The notes under the pieces: model-generated
The model's input: only the letters and a program-made list of their open reading frames with translations
The model's database searches: none
What the model was told of the DNA's origin: nothing
Source of the DNA: an uncultured Solirubrobacterales bacterium
GTDB lineage: Bacteria; Actinomycetota; Thermoleophilia; Solirubrobacterales; 70-9
Direction of reading: 5' to 3'
Assembly: GCA_963848045.1 (NCBI GenBank)
Contig: CAWKCC010000002.1
Location: 168,374 to 232,373 of the forward strand
Length of the DNA: 64,000 nucleotides
Part shown: positions 10,724-20,333 of the stretch, piece by piece
Position numbering within the stretch: the stretch's first letter is position 1
Layout of the letters: every line of letters begins with the position of its first letter
Translations under genes and position numbers: made by a program

Positions 10724-12214
10724 ATGGCTGAACAGCGGCCCCTGACGATCGTCTCCAATCGCGGCCCGGCCGAGTTCGGCCTGGACGACGACGGCGTCCG
10801 CACGGTCCGCCGCGGAGGCGGCGGGCTCGTGACCGCGCTCAGCGGCCTGATCAGCCACCGCAGGGCTCTGTGGATCGCCTCGGCGATGACCGACGAGGAC
10901 ACGGCGGTCGCCAACAGCGCCGACGGGGAGCCCGTCGAGATCGAGCTCGACGGGGTCTCTTACGAGGTCGCCCTGGTCGCCAGCGACCCGATCGCCTACG
11001 ACCGCTTCTACAACGTGATCGCCAACCCGATCCTGTGGTTCATCCAGCACTACCTCTGGGACCTCTCCAACGCGCCCGACATCCGCCGCTCAGAGGTCGA
11101 GGCCTGGGAGGACGGCTACAAGGTCGTCAACGAAGACATCGCCCGGCAGGTTGTTCGCTCGATCAGGGGGCAGGACGAGCCCCTGGTGATGATGCACGAC
11201 TACCACCTGTATACGGCTCCGGGCCTGATCCGCGCCGCGCGGCCCGACGCCCTGCTGCAGTTCTTCGTCCACATCCCCTGGTCCCAGCCTGACTCGTGGC
11301 GGGTGCTGCCCCACCGCTGGCGAGAGGAGATCTTCACCTCGATGCTGGCCAACGACATCATCGGCTTCCACACCAGCGCCTACTGCCGCAACTTCCTGCA
11401 GTGCTGTCGCGAGCTGATGGAGCTCGAGGTCGACTGGGAGCGCAATGCCGTGATCCAGGGCGACCGCGAGGTCTGGGTCAGGGCCTACCCGCTCTCGATC
11501 GACACGGGCCGCCTGTATCGGGCGGCGGGCTCGGAGGAGGTCGCCGAATACGAGCTCGAGGTGCGCAGGCGCCGCCGCGACCACCTGATCATCCGCGTCG
11601 ATCGGGCCGACCTCTCCAAGAACGTGCTGCGAGGCTTCTCGGCCTTCGACACCTTCCTCGAGCAGCACCCCGAGTTCCGCGAGAAGGTCACCTTCGTCGC
11701 CCACCTGCAGCCGTCGCGGCTGGACGTGCCCGAGTACGCCGAGTACATGGAGCGGATCGAGGCGCTCGTGGCCGTCGTCAACCACCGGCACGGCACCACC
11801 GACTGGATGCCGATCGACCTGCGGATCTATGAGAACTTCCCCGACGCCGTCGCGCGCTACAAGCAGTACGACCTGTTGATCGTCAACTCCCTGTTCGACG
11901 GCATGAACCTGGTCGCCAAGGAGGGCCCGGCGGTCAACACCCGTGACGGCGTGGTGATGCTCTCCGAGAACACGGGCGCCCACGAGGAACTGGGCGACTG
12001 CACGCTCTCGGTCAACCCCTTCGACATCCAGGAGCAGGCCGACACGATGTACCGAGCGCTGACCATGGAGCCCGAGGAGAAGCGGATGCGCGCCGAGCGC
12101 CTCAAACAGGTGATCTCCGAGCGCGACCCCGGCGACTGGGTCGACGAGCAGCTCGCTGACATCACAGCCAAGTTCGAGGAGCGCCCGGCGGCGACCCAAC
12201 CTCCGACGCGCTGA
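10724..12214 (+). CDS. otsA: Alpha,alpha-trehalose-phosphate synthase (GT20)
   Basis: LTIVSNRGP...GGGLVTAL..., FFVHIPWSQPDSWRVLP, VDRADLSKNVLRGF, LIVNSLFDGMNLVAKE: classic OtsA blocks. Confidence 0.85.
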   Translation: MAEQRPLTIVSNRGPAEFGLDDDGVRTVRRGGGGLVTALSGLISHRRALWIASAMTDEDTAVANSADGEPVEIELDGVSYEVALVASDPIAYDRFYNVIANPILWFIQHYLWDLSNAPDIRRSEVEAWEDGYKVVNEDIARQVVRSIRGQDEPLVMMHDYHLYTAPGLIRAARPDALLQFFVHIPWSQPDSWRVLPHRWREEIFTSMLANDIIGFHTSAYCRNFLQCCRELMELEVDWERNAVIQGDREVWVRAYPLSIDTGRLYRAAGSEEVAEYELEVRRRRRDHLIIRVDRADLSKNVLRGFSAFDTFLEQHPEFREKVTFVAHLQPSRLDVPEYAEYMERIEALVAVVNHRHGTTDWMPIDLRIYENFPDAVARYKQYDLLIVNSLFDGMNLVAKEGPAVNTRDGVVMLSENTGAHEELGDCTLSVNPFDIQEQADTMYRALTMEPEEKRMRAERLKQVISERDPGDWVDEQLADITAKFEERPAATQPPTR

Positions 12215-12248
12215 CCGGGGGCGGCCCTGCGGCGCGAGCCGCATCAGC

Positions 12249-13823
12249 TCAGGGGCGCACCAGGACTCGCCGCACGGGGGAGGCCCCTTTCAGATAGGGA
12301 TAGCCGGCCTGCTCTCGGACCACGGCCCGGAAGCGATAGAGACGCCGCCCCGTGGTCTCGCGGAAACGGTAGCGCGCGCGGAAGCGGCCTTCGATCCGGG
12401 TGCGCGCCGTCTTGAAGGACTGCCAGCGCCTGCCCAGGCGCGCCTGCAGCACGACCACGCGCCCGGCGGCGTGGGGACCGGGGAGCTTGCCGCGAAAGCG
12501 GGCGAGCTGGCCGTTTCGAAGCCGGAACCGCGGGCCCACCTTGAGCCGGGGACGCGCGCGCACGCGCAGCATCAGCTCGCCCTCGACCATCCGGCTGCGG
12601 TGGCGGTGGACGAGCCGCAGCCGCCGCGAGGGGCCGCGCGGCAGCAGGTAGGTGAACCGTCCGGAGCCGTCGGCGCCCGCGTGCCCCTCGAGGTACTCGG
12701 TCTCGCCGTGCCTGGCCACGGTGGCGAAGACGCAGACCCTTGCAGCATCGCCGCCTCCGTCGATACGGCCGCGCACGGTCGCCCTGCGATCGGAGGGGAC
12801 CACCGCCTCCGCGCCGCCGGTGGCAAAGACCGCCTCGATCGAGCGCGGCGCGGCGCTGCCCGAGCTGCCGCAACCGTTGTCGACGACGACCGTGCGGCTC
12901 AGGCAGGTCTCGTTGGCCGGCCAGCCGACGTCGGTCGCGCAGAGTCGCACCTGGTTGACCCCTTGGCGAAAGGGGGCGGTCTCGGTGTCCAGCTCGAAGC
13001 TTCGCGTCGCCGTGGCTGGACAGGGGACGAAGCTGCGCGCCGCGCTCCCGGGGATGATGTCGCAAGGCTGCTCGGCCGTCGCATGGGATGCCCCGTTGAC
13101 GTACAGTCGCCAGCGCCACACTCCTCCGCCGAGGTCGGCGGCCGTGCCCCCGACCGTCTGCGGGCCGCGCCGCGGGCCGGGCTCGAGCAGGCTGCCGGAG
13201 AGCGCCAGCGTGGGGGCCGAGGAGTCGCGGAAGGTGAACCAGAGGCGGCGCACGTGATTGTGCGCTGAGGACGAGGCCCCGCAGCTGCCGCCGGCGCCGC
13301 CGTGACAGGCGAGCCAGGACGAGAAGGCGACGGCACCGGTGCCCGCGGCCCAGTCGACGGCGTCGAAGACGCCCTCACGCGGCCAGCGGTAGTGCACCGT
13401 GCCCGAGCCGTCGATGATCGTGTAGTTGCCCTTGTGCCCCGCGTCGTGAGCCAGGTGTGACTGCGCCGCGATCTGCGTGAACACCGTCCCCGGGGGGGGA
13501 TACCAGGACCAGGCGCCCCAGCGCCCGCCCTTGGTCACCTCGCCCTGGTGGCGGATCAGCTTGCCGCCGCCCGAACCCGTGCAGGCGGTATCGGCGCGGT
13601 AGTGATCGGAGGTCCTGGTGAATACCGCGTCGGGAGCGCCGATGCTGTGCCCGGCGTCGCACTGGACGGCGACGTAGGTACCGGCCTCGGCGGCCTCGGT
13701 CACGAGCCCCGATGGGGCCACCAGCGCCAGCGCCAGCGCCACGCCCGCGATCGGGAGCGCCCTGAGGCGCCCGCTCGGCCCGCTCGGTCGGTCTGCTCTC
13801 ATCTCGCGTCCTCTCATCAGCAT
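12249..13823 (-). CDS. Secreted hypothetical protein (Cys-rich N-terminal domain, beta-sandwich-like C-terminal repeats)
   Basis: Signal peptide RLRALPIAGVALALALVAPSGLVTEAAEA and high GC3 throughout. The C-terminal segments (VRGRIDGGG..ARVCVFA...ADGSGRFTYLLP) resemble carboxypeptidase-regulatory-like folds. The likely real start is the ATG at 13802 (AGAGGA 7 nt upstream). No family recognised. Confidence 0.6.
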   Translation of the reverse strand: MLMRGREMRADRPSGPSGRLRALPIAGVALALALVAPSGLVTEAAEAGTYVAVQCDAGHSIGAPDAVFTRTSDHYRADTACTGSGGGKLIRHQGEVTKGGRWGAWSWYPPPGTVFTQIAAQSHLAHDAGHKGNYTIIDGSGTVHYRWPREGVFDAVDWAAGTGAVAFSSWLACHGGAGGSCGASSSAHNHVRRLWFTFRDSSAPTLALSGSLLEPGPRRGPQTVGGTAADLGGGVWRWRLYVNGASHATAEQPCDIIPGSAARSFVPCPATATRSFELDTETAPFRQGVNQVRLCATDVGWPANETCLSRTVVVDNGCGSSGSAAPRSIEAVFATGGAEAVVPSDRRATVRGRIDGGGDAARVCVFATVARHGETEYLEGHAGADGSGRFTYLLPRGPSRRLRLVHRHRSRMVEGELMLRVRARPRLKVGPRFRLRNGQLARFRGKLPGPHAAGRVVVLQARLGRRWQSFKTARTRIEGRFRARYRFRETTGRRLYRFRAVVREQAGYPYLKGASPVRRVLVRP

Positions 13824-13854
13824 TGGTCAGGGATCACGAGCCGCTCGCCGCGGC

Positions 13855-14376
13855 TCACCTCTCGAAGCGGAATTCGCCGGCCGGCGAAGGGTGGGGAGCG
13901 CTCACGGGCGGAGCCGCATGCGGCGCCGGGCCGTGGGTCGCCGGGGCGGGAGCGCCGGCTGGCGGCGAGCTGCCCCGCGAGGGGCTCCGCCGGCGGGGCT
14001 CAGCGCCGGCGGGTCGGCGCGGCGAGCCCCTGCCGTGCTCCGGGCGAGCCTTCCTCGAGCCCGCAGGGTGGCGCGCGGCCGCGGCCACCCCGCGGCGCCC
14101 GCCGCGGGGGATGGGCCCGGCGGCAGCGCTTCGCTCGGCGACCGGCACCGGCCGGGGAGCCGGCGGCGTTGAAGCGGTCGGGGACGGAGGCCCAGCGGGC
14201 GCCCCGAGCGCCGCCAGGCCCACGTCGGCCGGGGGAGCGGGCGCCTCGGGGCCGCCGAGCAGCCCGGGCAGCAGCGCCAGCGCCGCGAGCGCGGCGCCGC
14301 CGAGGGCCAGCGCCCGGGTCAGGTTCTGCCATCTGATCCACCGCATCCGCATCGGCCGGCTAAGGGCCGGGGGCAC
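13855..14376 (-). CDS. Hypothetical single-pass membrane protein with Pro/Ala-rich tail
   Basis: TM helix ALALGGAALAALALLPGLL is followed by low-complexity Pro/Ala/Arg sequence. GC3 is high but several overlapping ORFs compete here. It lies just upstream of, and co-directional with, 12249..13823. Confidence 0.3.
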   Translation of the reverse strand: MPPALSRPMRMRWIRWQNLTRALALGGAALAALALLPGLLGGPEAPAPPADVGLAALGAPAGPPSPTASTPPAPRPVPVAERSAAAGPIPRGGRRGVAAAARHPAGSRKARPEHGRGSPRRPAGAEPRRRSPSRGSSPPAGAPAPATHGPAPHAAPPVSAPHPSPAGEFRFER

Positions 14377-14410
14377 GTCTCCTCTCCCCCCTCGGGCTCG
14401 GCCCGGCCGC

Positions 14411-14416
14411 TATAGT
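14411..14416 (+). promoter_or_regulatory. Candidate -10 element (TATAGT) for rpsF
   Basis: TATAGT (TANNNT class) lies 39 nt upstream of the rpsF ATG. No convincing -35 was found, which is common in actinobacterial promoters. Confidence 0.3.
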
Positions 14417-14426
14417 CGCCTGCCCG

Positions 14427-14445
14427 CCATCCCCCTCGGGGATGG
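14427..14445 (+). promoter_or_regulatory. rpsF 5'-leader hairpin (CCATCCCC-CTC-GGGGATGG)
   Basis: Perfect 8-bp stem with a 3-nt loop, ending 10 nt before the rpsF start codon. Confidence 0.35.
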
Positions 14446-14455
14446 CTCTTCACTG

Positions 14456-14842
14456 ATGGCCACCAGGCACTACGAACTCGTTCTGATGCTCGATCCCGAG
14501 GCCGCCGACGAGGCGCGAAACGGGCTGGCCGACGACGTCCGCAAGCAGATCGAGGAGGCGGGCACGCTGGAGCAGGCCGACTCGTGGGGGATGCGCAAGA
14601 TGGCCTACGAGATCCGCCGGCGCAACGAGGCCGACTACCGCTATTTCCGCTTCCAGGGCGAGACCGAGTTGCTGCGGCGGCTCGACCACAACCTCAAGAT
14701 CGCCGACGGCGCCCTGCGCTTCCGCATCTTCCGCGTCGAGCCCGACGCGCCCACCACCGCTCCTCCCACCACCGATCGCCCCGCCCACGTCGGCGATGGT
14801 CGCCCCGAGCGCGGCGAGCGGCGCCCCCGCCGCGACCACTGA
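14456..14842 (+). CDS. rpsF: 30S ribosomal protein S6
   Basis: MATRHYELVLMLDPEA...WGMRKMAYEI...ADYRYFRF: canonical S6. It has a Pro/Arg-rich C-terminal extension. The ATG at 14456 sits inside the longer track ORF 13823..14842. Confidence 0.9.
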   Translation: MATRHYELVLMLDPEAADEARNGLADDVRKQIEEAGTLEQADSWGMRKMAYEIRRRNEADYRYFRFQGETELLRRLDHNLKIADGALRFRIFRVEPDAPTTAPPTTDRPAHVGDGRPERGERRPRRDH

Positions 14843-15002
14843 CCCTGGCCGCCGGCTGACCCCGGCACCGGCGAGGCTCGCCGCGGCGGCTTCGCCGGGC
14901 GCGATGCCGGAGTTTGCGGAGCCCGCGCGCGCGGGGGGCGAGAAGCGGCCGGGCCGGGCCTTACTATCAGGACTCGAAAGCAATTCAAGAGGAGTGATCG
15001 AT

Positions 15003-15464
15003 TTGGCTGCGTCGAACATCAATGTGGTCTGCATCACGGGCAACCTGACCCGCGACCCCGAGCTTCGCTCGCTTCCCAGCGGGACGTCCGTCTGCAAGCT
15101 GCGCGTCGCGGTCAACACCCGCCGCAAGGACGGAGCGTCGGGCGAGTGGGTGGACAAGCCCAACTACTTCGACGTCACGGTCTGGGGTGCGCAGGGCGAG
15201 AACTGCGCCAACTACCTCTCCAAGGGCCGCCCGGTCGCGATCGACGGGAGGCTGGAGTGGCGCGAGTGGGAGACGCAGGACGGCAACAAGCGACAGGCGG
15301 TGGAGATCATCGCCAACAGCGTCCAGTTCCTGGGCTCACGCGGCGACAACGCCGGCAACGGAAACGGCTTCCAGCCATCCTCCGACGTGCCGGCCGACAC
15401 CTCGGACTTCGACGAGGCCGGGGTCGCCAGCGGCAAGGGCTCCGACGACGACATCCCCTTCTAG
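15003..15464 (+). CDS. ssb: Single-stranded DNA-binding protein
   Basis: NVVCITGNLTRDPELRSLPSGTSVCKLRVAVN...YFDVTVWG..AENCANYLSKGRPVAIDGRLEWREWE and the acidic tip DDDIPF. TTG start at 15003 with GAGGAG 9 nt upstream. A GTG at 14994 is an alternative. Confidence 0.9.
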   Translation: MAASNINVVCITGNLTRDPELRSLPSGTSVCKLRVAVNTRRKDGASGEWVDKPNYFDVTVWGAQGENCANYLSKGRPVAIDGRLEWREWETQDGNKRQAVEIIANSVQFLGSRGDNAGNGNGFQPSSDVPADTSDFDEAGVASGKGSDDDIPF

Positions 15465-15487
15465 GCCGCAGCGGGCAGAGCTCCCGG

Positions 15488-15519
15488 GGAGGCTCCGCGA
15501 GAGTGGGGCCTCCTTTGTT
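15488..15519 (+). terminator. Intrinsic-terminator-like hairpin after ssb
   Basis: GGAGGCTCC-GCGAGAGT-GGGGCCTCC forms a 9-bp stem (one G-U pair) followed by TTTGTT, 24 nt after the ssb stop. Confidence 0.45.
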
Positions 15520-15632
15520 CGTACGGAGCCCCGCGCCGCTGGAGGGGCCGCCTGGAAGCCCACACGGCTACCATTGCCCCTTCATCCGGCACGGCCGCGG
15601 CCGTGCCGCTCGTACGAAAGAGACCGGAAGCG

Positions 15633-15914
15633 ATGGCAAGACAGCAGAGATCGAGCAGCTCAGGCGGTGGCCCCGGGGGCGGGCGGCGCAAGCGCGGCCT
15701 CAGCGACCGCGGACGCCCGCGCAAGTACACGAAGATCAGCTCCGAGAACATCGACTACAAGGACGTGGCCCTGCTGAGGCGCTTCCTGTCGGACCGCGGC
15801 AAGACCCGGTCGCGGCGCGTCACGGGGCTGTCGCGCCGCCACCAGCAGCAGCTGGCTCTGGCAGTGAAGCGCGCCCGCGAGCTGGCGCTGCTGCCCTACG
15901 TCGGCGAGCGCTGA
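15633..15914 (+). CDS. rpsR: 30S ribosomal protein S18
   Basis: [50 protein letters not shown]. The track start GTG at 15603 lies inside a 22-nt GC palindrome, so the ATG at 15633 is preferred. Confidence 0.85.
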   Translation: MARQQRSSSSGGGPGGGRRKRGLSDRGRPRKYTKISSENIDYKDVALLRRFLSDRGKTRSRRVTGLSRRHQQQLALAVKRARELALLPYVGER

Positions 15915-15915
15915 G

Positions 15916-16368
15916 ATGGCCGAGGCGGTCCTGCTCAAGGACGTCGACGGGCTCGGCGAGGCGGGCGACGCAGTCGACGTCTCAGCCGGCTACCTGCGCA
16001 ACTTCCTCGTGCCGCGCAAGCTGGCCCAGCCGGCGACCAAGGGGGCGCTGGAGGAGGCGCGGCGGCGGCTCGAGCGCGCCGAGGCCGCGGAGCGCCATGC
16101 CGCCGAGCGCGCGGACGAGACCGCCGCCCTGCTCTCCAAGACGGTGCTGACGATCAACCACCAGGCCGGCGAGGACGGCAAGCTGTTCGGCTCGGTCACC
16201 TCGAAGGAGATCGCCGAGGCGATCCAGGCCGCCCGCAGCCTCAAGATAGACCGCAAGAAGATCCGGCTGGAGGAGCCCATCCGCGAGACCGGCACCTTCA
16301 TGGTCGAGATCGAGGTCGGCGGTGGCAAGACGGCCGCCGTGAAGACGATCGTCGCCGAATCCAAGTAG
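15916..16368 (+). CDS. rplI: 50S ribosomal protein L9
   Basis: VLLKDVDGLGEAGDAVDVSAGYLRNFLVPRKLA plus a C-terminal domain. Starts 2 nt after the rpsR stop. Confidence 0.9.
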   Translation: MAEAVLLKDVDGLGEAGDAVDVSAGYLRNFLVPRKLAQPATKGALEEARRRLERAEAAERHAAERADETAALLSKTVLTINHQAGEDGKLFGSVTSKEIAEAIQAARSLKIDRKKIRLEEPIRETGTFMVEIEVGGGKTAAVKTIVAESK

Positions 16369-16485
16369 CTCGGTATTTCGCGGGACTTCCGACGGCCCCT
16401 GCGAACGCTTCCCCGCTATTACCGCGAACGACCCGTGCGCCTGCGGTCGGGTTGTGATTTTCTAGTGACCGTCTGACGAGGAGCG

Positions 16486-16507
16486 CAGCCCCGTCGCGAC
16501 GGGGCTG
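16486..16507 (+). other. Perfect 22-nt palindrome/hairpin (CAGCCCCGTCG|CGACGGGGCTG) between rplI and dnaB
   Basis: Inverted repeat read directly from the sequence. No T-tract follows. It lies 118 nt after the rplI stop and 36 nt before the dnaB ATG. Confidence 0.4.
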
Positions 16508-16542
16508 AGGATCTCCCGCCGGAGCCTTATCCAGACTAGGGG

Positions 16543-18102
16543 ATGACCGGTCACGCGACCGAGGCGTGCGCCTGCGCGAGAGAGGAGCAGTTGGCAGACA
16601 ACGGAACAGCCGTCGGCGTGGTACCGCCACAGAACCTCGAGGCCGAGGAGTCGGTGCTGGGCGCGATGATGGTCTCGCAGGCCACGATCGAGCCCGTGAT
16701 CCTCGACGTGCGGCTGCAGGCCGACGACTTCTACCGCGACCGCCACCGCACCATCTTCGAGGCGATCATCGGCCTGCACGGGGACGCCAATCCCGTCGAC
16801 GTGCTCACCGTCTCGGAGGCACTTGCCCAGAACGGCGGGCTGGAGCGGGTGGGCGGCAGGGACGCCGTTGCGAGCATGGCCGCCAGGGTGCCGGCGCCGG
16901 GCAGCGCCGCGCACTACGCGCGCATCGTCAAGCAGAACTCGCTGATGCGCCGCCTGGACTCCGCCGCCAAGCAGATCCAGGCCTCGGTCGCCGGACGCGA
17001 GGGCGAGCCCTCCGAGATGGTGGAGCAGGCCGAGCGCCTGCTGTTCCAGGTCGCCCATGAGGACCAGGTCGCCGACTTCCGCGAGATCGGCGACATCCTC
17101 ACCGACGAGATCGACAAGCTCGAGGCGCTGGCGACCGGCAAGGCGAGCGTCGTCGGCACCAAGGCGGGCTTCCGCGACCTCGACGAGAAGACCGGCGGCT
17201 TCCAGCCGGGAAACCTCGTGATCATCGCCGCCCGGCCATCGATGGGGAAGTCGAGCCTGGTCTGCAACATCGCCGAGAACGTCGCGATCAAGGAGGGCAA
17301 GCCCGTCGCCATGTTCTCGCTGGAGATGTCCGAGATGGAGCTCGCGCATCGGTTCATCGCCTCGCAGGCGCGGATCAGCGGCGACCGGCTGCGCAAGGGC
17401 CAGGTCTCCAGCAAGGACTGGCCGAAGGTCGTCAAGGCCTGCAACAAGCTGGAGGCGGCGCCGCTCTGGGTCGACGACTCGTCTGACCTCGGGCTGCTGG
17501 AGCTGCGCGCCAAGGCGCGCCGCCTGCACGCGCAGGAGAAGGCGCGCGGCAACGACGGCCTCGGCCTGGTGATCGTCGACTACATGCAGCTGATGCGCAC
17601 CGACGACCCGCGCGCCAACCGCGTCGAGCAGGTCGCCCAGTTCAGCCGCGGGCTGAAGATCCTGGCGCGGGAGCTGAAGGTCCCGGTGCTCGGGCTCTCA
17701 CAGCTCTCGCGCGCTCCCGAGCAGCGCGGTGAGAACAAGCGCCCGATCCTCTCCGACCTGAGGGAGTCGGGCAGCCTCGAGCAGGACGCCGACCTGGTCG
17801 TCTTCATCTACCGGGACGAGTACTACACCAAGGAGGAGTCCCAGGAGCCGGGGATCGCCGAGCTGCTGATCGCCAAGCACCGCAACGGCCCGATCGGGAC
17901 CGTGAAGCTGGCCTTCCTCAACCACTACCCCAAGTTCGCCGACGCCGCCCGCGAGGACCATGCCCCCGGCGTCGTGCAGCGGCCCGGCGAGGGCCCGCCG
18001 ATGGGTGACTACTCCGAGAAGCCGGTCGATCCCGATCCCTTCGCCGGGGAGTCGGCCGACGCCGCCGATCAGCCCGACGACGGCTTCGCAGAGGAGGCGT
18101 AG
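16543..18102 (+). CDS. dnaB: Replicative DNA helicase DnaB
   Basis: PPQNLEAEESVLGAMM, Walker A AARPSMGKSS, Walker B LVIVDYMQLM, SRGLKILARELKVPVLGLSQLSR, ESGSLEQDADLVVFIYRDEYY. No intein is present. There is an extra ~55-aa acidic C-terminal tail. Confidence 0.9.
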   Translation: MTGHATEACACAREEQLADNGTAVGVVPPQNLEAEESVLGAMMVSQATIEPVILDVRLQADDFYRDRHRTIFEAIIGLHGDANPVDVLTVSEALAQNGGLERVGGRDAVASMAARVPAPGSAAHYARIVKQNSLMRRLDSAAKQIQASVAGREGEPSEMVEQAERLLFQVAHEDQVADFREIGDILTDEIDKLEALATGKASVVGTKAGFRDLDEKTGGFQPGNLVIIAARPSMGKSSLVCNIAENVAIKEGKPVAMFSLEMSEMELAHRFIASQARISGDRLRKGQVSSKDWPKVVKACNKLEAAPLWVDDSSDLGLLELRAKARRLHAQEKARGNDGLGLVIVDYMQLMRTDDPRANRVEQVAQFSRGLKILARELKVPVLGLSQLSRAPEQRGENKRPILSDLRESGSLEQDADLVVFIYRDEYYTKEESQEPGIAELLIAKHRNGPIGTVKLAFLNHYPKFADAAREDHAPGVVQRPGEGPPMGDYSEKPVDPDPFAGESADAADQPDDGFAEEA

Positions 18103-18107
18103 GCAGC

Positions 18108-18887
18108 GTGAGCGCAACGGCGGCCGGCCGGCGCGCCTGCCCGCTCGGAGTCTGCGACGGCACGGGCTGGATACTCGGGCCCGAGGACATCGCGCGCGCC
18201 TGCAAGTGCCGGGAGCGGATCGTGGCGCGGGCGCGCTCTCGCGGGGTGGCCTCGGTCATCCCCCGCAAGTACGCCCGCGTCTCGTTCGACAGCCCGCCTG
18301 TGACCGAGATCCACCGCGACGCGGTCGACCCGGTCCGCGAGTACTGCGCGGATCTGGACGCGCGCCTCGACGATGGCAAGGGCCTCTGGCTCCTGGGCGA
18401 CGTCGGGACCGGCAAGACGACCCTCGCGATGCTGGTCTCCAAGACGGCGCTCGAGGCCGGGCGCTCGGTCGCGATCTACTCGCTGCCGAAGCTGCTCGCC
18501 CACATCCGCCGGACCTTCGACGCCGGCGGAGAGCAGCAGTCCTACCTCGAGCTCTTCAACCGCCTCACCTCGGTCGACCTGCTGCACATCGACGACCTCG
18601 GAGCCGAGAAGCGGACCGACTGGGTGATCGAGCAGCTCTACGCCCTGGTCAACGAACGCTACGAGACTGGCCGTTCGCTGATCGTGACCAGCAACACGGA
18701 TCCCGACCGCCCCGATCCCGACTTGGCCATCGAGCGGCTGGGCGAGCAGATCAACCCGCGAACCGTCTCGCGGCTGATCGAGATCTGCGGCGAGCCGATC
18801 CCCATCTTCGGGCCCGACAAGCGCCACAGCATGGCCGACAGGGCCGCCGTCGCGCGCCTGCGGGCCGCGCCGGATGTGAGCCCCTGA
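18108..18887 (+). CDS. DnaC/DnaI/IstB-like AAA+ ATPase, candidate helicase loader
   Basis: N-terminal 4-Cys cluster (CPLGVCDGTGW...CKC), Walker A GDVGTGKTTLA, Walker B LLHIDDLG, and sensor LIVTSN. The GTG start is 5 nt after the dnaB stop with GAGGAGG 10 nt upstream. No IstA-like transposase is adjacent. Confidence 0.7.
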   Translation: MSATAAGRRACPLGVCDGTGWILGPEDIARACKCRERIVARARSRGVASVIPRKYARVSFDSPPVTEIHRDAVDPVREYCADLDARLDDGKGLWLLGDVGTGKTTLAMLVSKTALEAGRSVAIYSLPKLLAHIRRTFDAGGEQQSYLELFNRLTSVDLLHIDDLGAEKRTDWVIEQLYALVNERYETGRSLIVTSNTDPDRPDPDLAIERLGEQINPRTVSRLIEICGEPIPIFGPDKRHSMADRAAVARLRAAPDVSP

Positions 18888-18944
18888 CCGCACAGCCCGG
18901 ATGGGGCCGGGGCGCGCGACCAGCCGGCCGCCACTACCGCATAA

Positions 18945-20318
<1,374 letters not shown>

Positions 20319-20333
20319 CCGGAAGCCCTGGAG

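Noticed and set aside
13823-14455. Upstream 211 codons of the track ORF 13823..14842 that would extend S6
   Set aside because: S6 homology starts exactly at ATG 14456. The upstream translation is Arg/Gly/Ala/Pro filler and overlaps a -10 candidate and a leader hairpin.
16527-16535. TTATCCAGA upstream of dnaB as a DnaA box
   Set aside because: It is a single isolated site whose mismatch falls on the strongly conserved C of TTATCCACA. That is insufficient to propose DnaA regulation or an origin here.
16462-17529. 355-aa - strand ORF
   Set aside because: It is antisense to dnaB, with no motifs and the typical GC-rich wrong-strand composition.
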